DNA of 64,000 nucleotides from Aulosira sp. ZfuVER01 (GTDB lineage: Bacteria > Cyanobacteriota > Cyanobacteriia > Cyanobacteriales > Nostocaceae): positions 144,450 through 208,449 of the forward strand of contig JAVRCV020000031.1 in assembly GCA_034530615.2 (NCBI GenBank), given 5' to 3'. Positions 63,302 to 64,000 of the stretch are shown piece after piece. Below the pieces are notes generated by a model. It was not told the DNA's origin, made no database searches, and saw only the letters and a program-made list of their open reading frames with translations. A program made the position numbers and the translations under genes. The stretch's first letter is position 1; each line of letters starts with the position of its first letter.

Positions 63302-63370
63302 TCTATACCAGATTTCAGGTAAATAAAGTACAGTGGTAAAAATATTTAGAGATGTTAATGAGGAGGTTAT

Positions 63371-63817
63371 TTGACCAAGCGTTCATTTGGGCTAAAAGCT
63401 ATTGTTTTTTACAAAGCTTTTACTGCCTCACTATTGATGATTACTTCTATAGCTTTATTATTTGCACTAAAAAATTATCAGTATCTTGAAGATTTTTCGG
63501 ATGATTATGTTTTGGAAGGTAAAGCGAGAATTATTGACTGGATTGTCGAAAAACTTCTGAATTTTAACCCAAAAACATTAAAATTTAGTGGCATTGGTGC
63601 AGGAATTTATTCTATTGTAACTGCCATTGAAGCTATCGGTTTATGGTACGAAAAGCGTTGGGCACATATTTTAGTATTAGTACTAGTAGGTATCAGTATC
63701 CCTCCAGAAATTTATGAGTTAATTCGGGGAATATCTCCGATAAAATTAATCGTATTTCTGATTAATGTCGGAGTATTTTGGTATTTATTACGAAATTTTC
63801 CTAAGCATAAAAACTAA
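63371..63817 (+). CDS. DUF2127 family membrane protein
   Basis: LKAIVFYK, EAIGLWYEKRWA and IPPEIYEL; TTG start after GAGGAGG. Confidence 0.8.
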   Translation: MTKRSFGLKAIVFYKAFTASLLMITSIALLFALKNYQYLEDFSDDYVLEGKARIIDWIVEKLLNFNPKTLKFSGIGAGIYSIVTAIEAIGLWYEKRWAHILVLVLVGISIPPEIYELIRGISPIKLIVFLINVGVFWYLLRNFPKHKN

Positions 63818-64000
63818 TTTTTTCAGTATATCTATTGCAATTATTTTTTATAAATAAATTTAGTTGCTCTGAACCTGGTGATCCTAATACAAATTTAAAT
63901 AGTGTTTGCGACACATCAATATATTCTAGAGGTCATGGCAATGCCCATTGGTGTCAACTTAAGCTGGAAGGAAGCATAAGATGTAATCTAAGAACATCTT

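Overview
A core chromosomal region of a heterocyst-forming filamentous cyanobacterium (Nostocales). This is supported by dense HIP1 octamers (GCGATCGC), heptamer tandem repeats, psbX/psbP/ccsA and devBCA. The main blocks are: (i) ccsA-DUF3352-ubiC-tRNA-Leu(GAG)-accC-yggT-psbX-ycf66-two TolB-like genes-sdhB; (ii) calA (cyAbrB1), CAAX protease, methyltransferase, htpG and rpmB; (iii) a complete hormogonium polysaccharide / type IV minor-pilin (hps) locus, about 17.6-32.4 kb, with four tandem GT2 genes; (iv) DUF502-nusB-ftsY-GAF/PP2C phosphatase; (v) an accessory pair, DUF2278+LTD and a CYTH-like gene; (vi) psbP-maf, then the heterocyst glycolipid exporter devBCA with a textbook NtcA class II promoter; (vii) clpB, gloA, eno, argC, ribBA, amidase, phytol kinase, yidD, D-Ala-D-Ala dipeptidase and DUF2127. 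I saw no transposase, integrase, phage gene, CRISPR array or rRNA. The most unusual signals are very small palindromic elements that have inserted in frame into genes (into a HIP1 site of hpsJ and the N-terminus of ribBA) or nested inside one another. Other candidates are hairpin-dense intergenic regions (upstream of calA and DUF502), an NtcA box just upstream of an 83-aa ORF, SigJ-like boxes before uncharacterised genes, and the DUF2278/CYTH-like pair. All family assignments come from motif recognition by eye, not from database searches.
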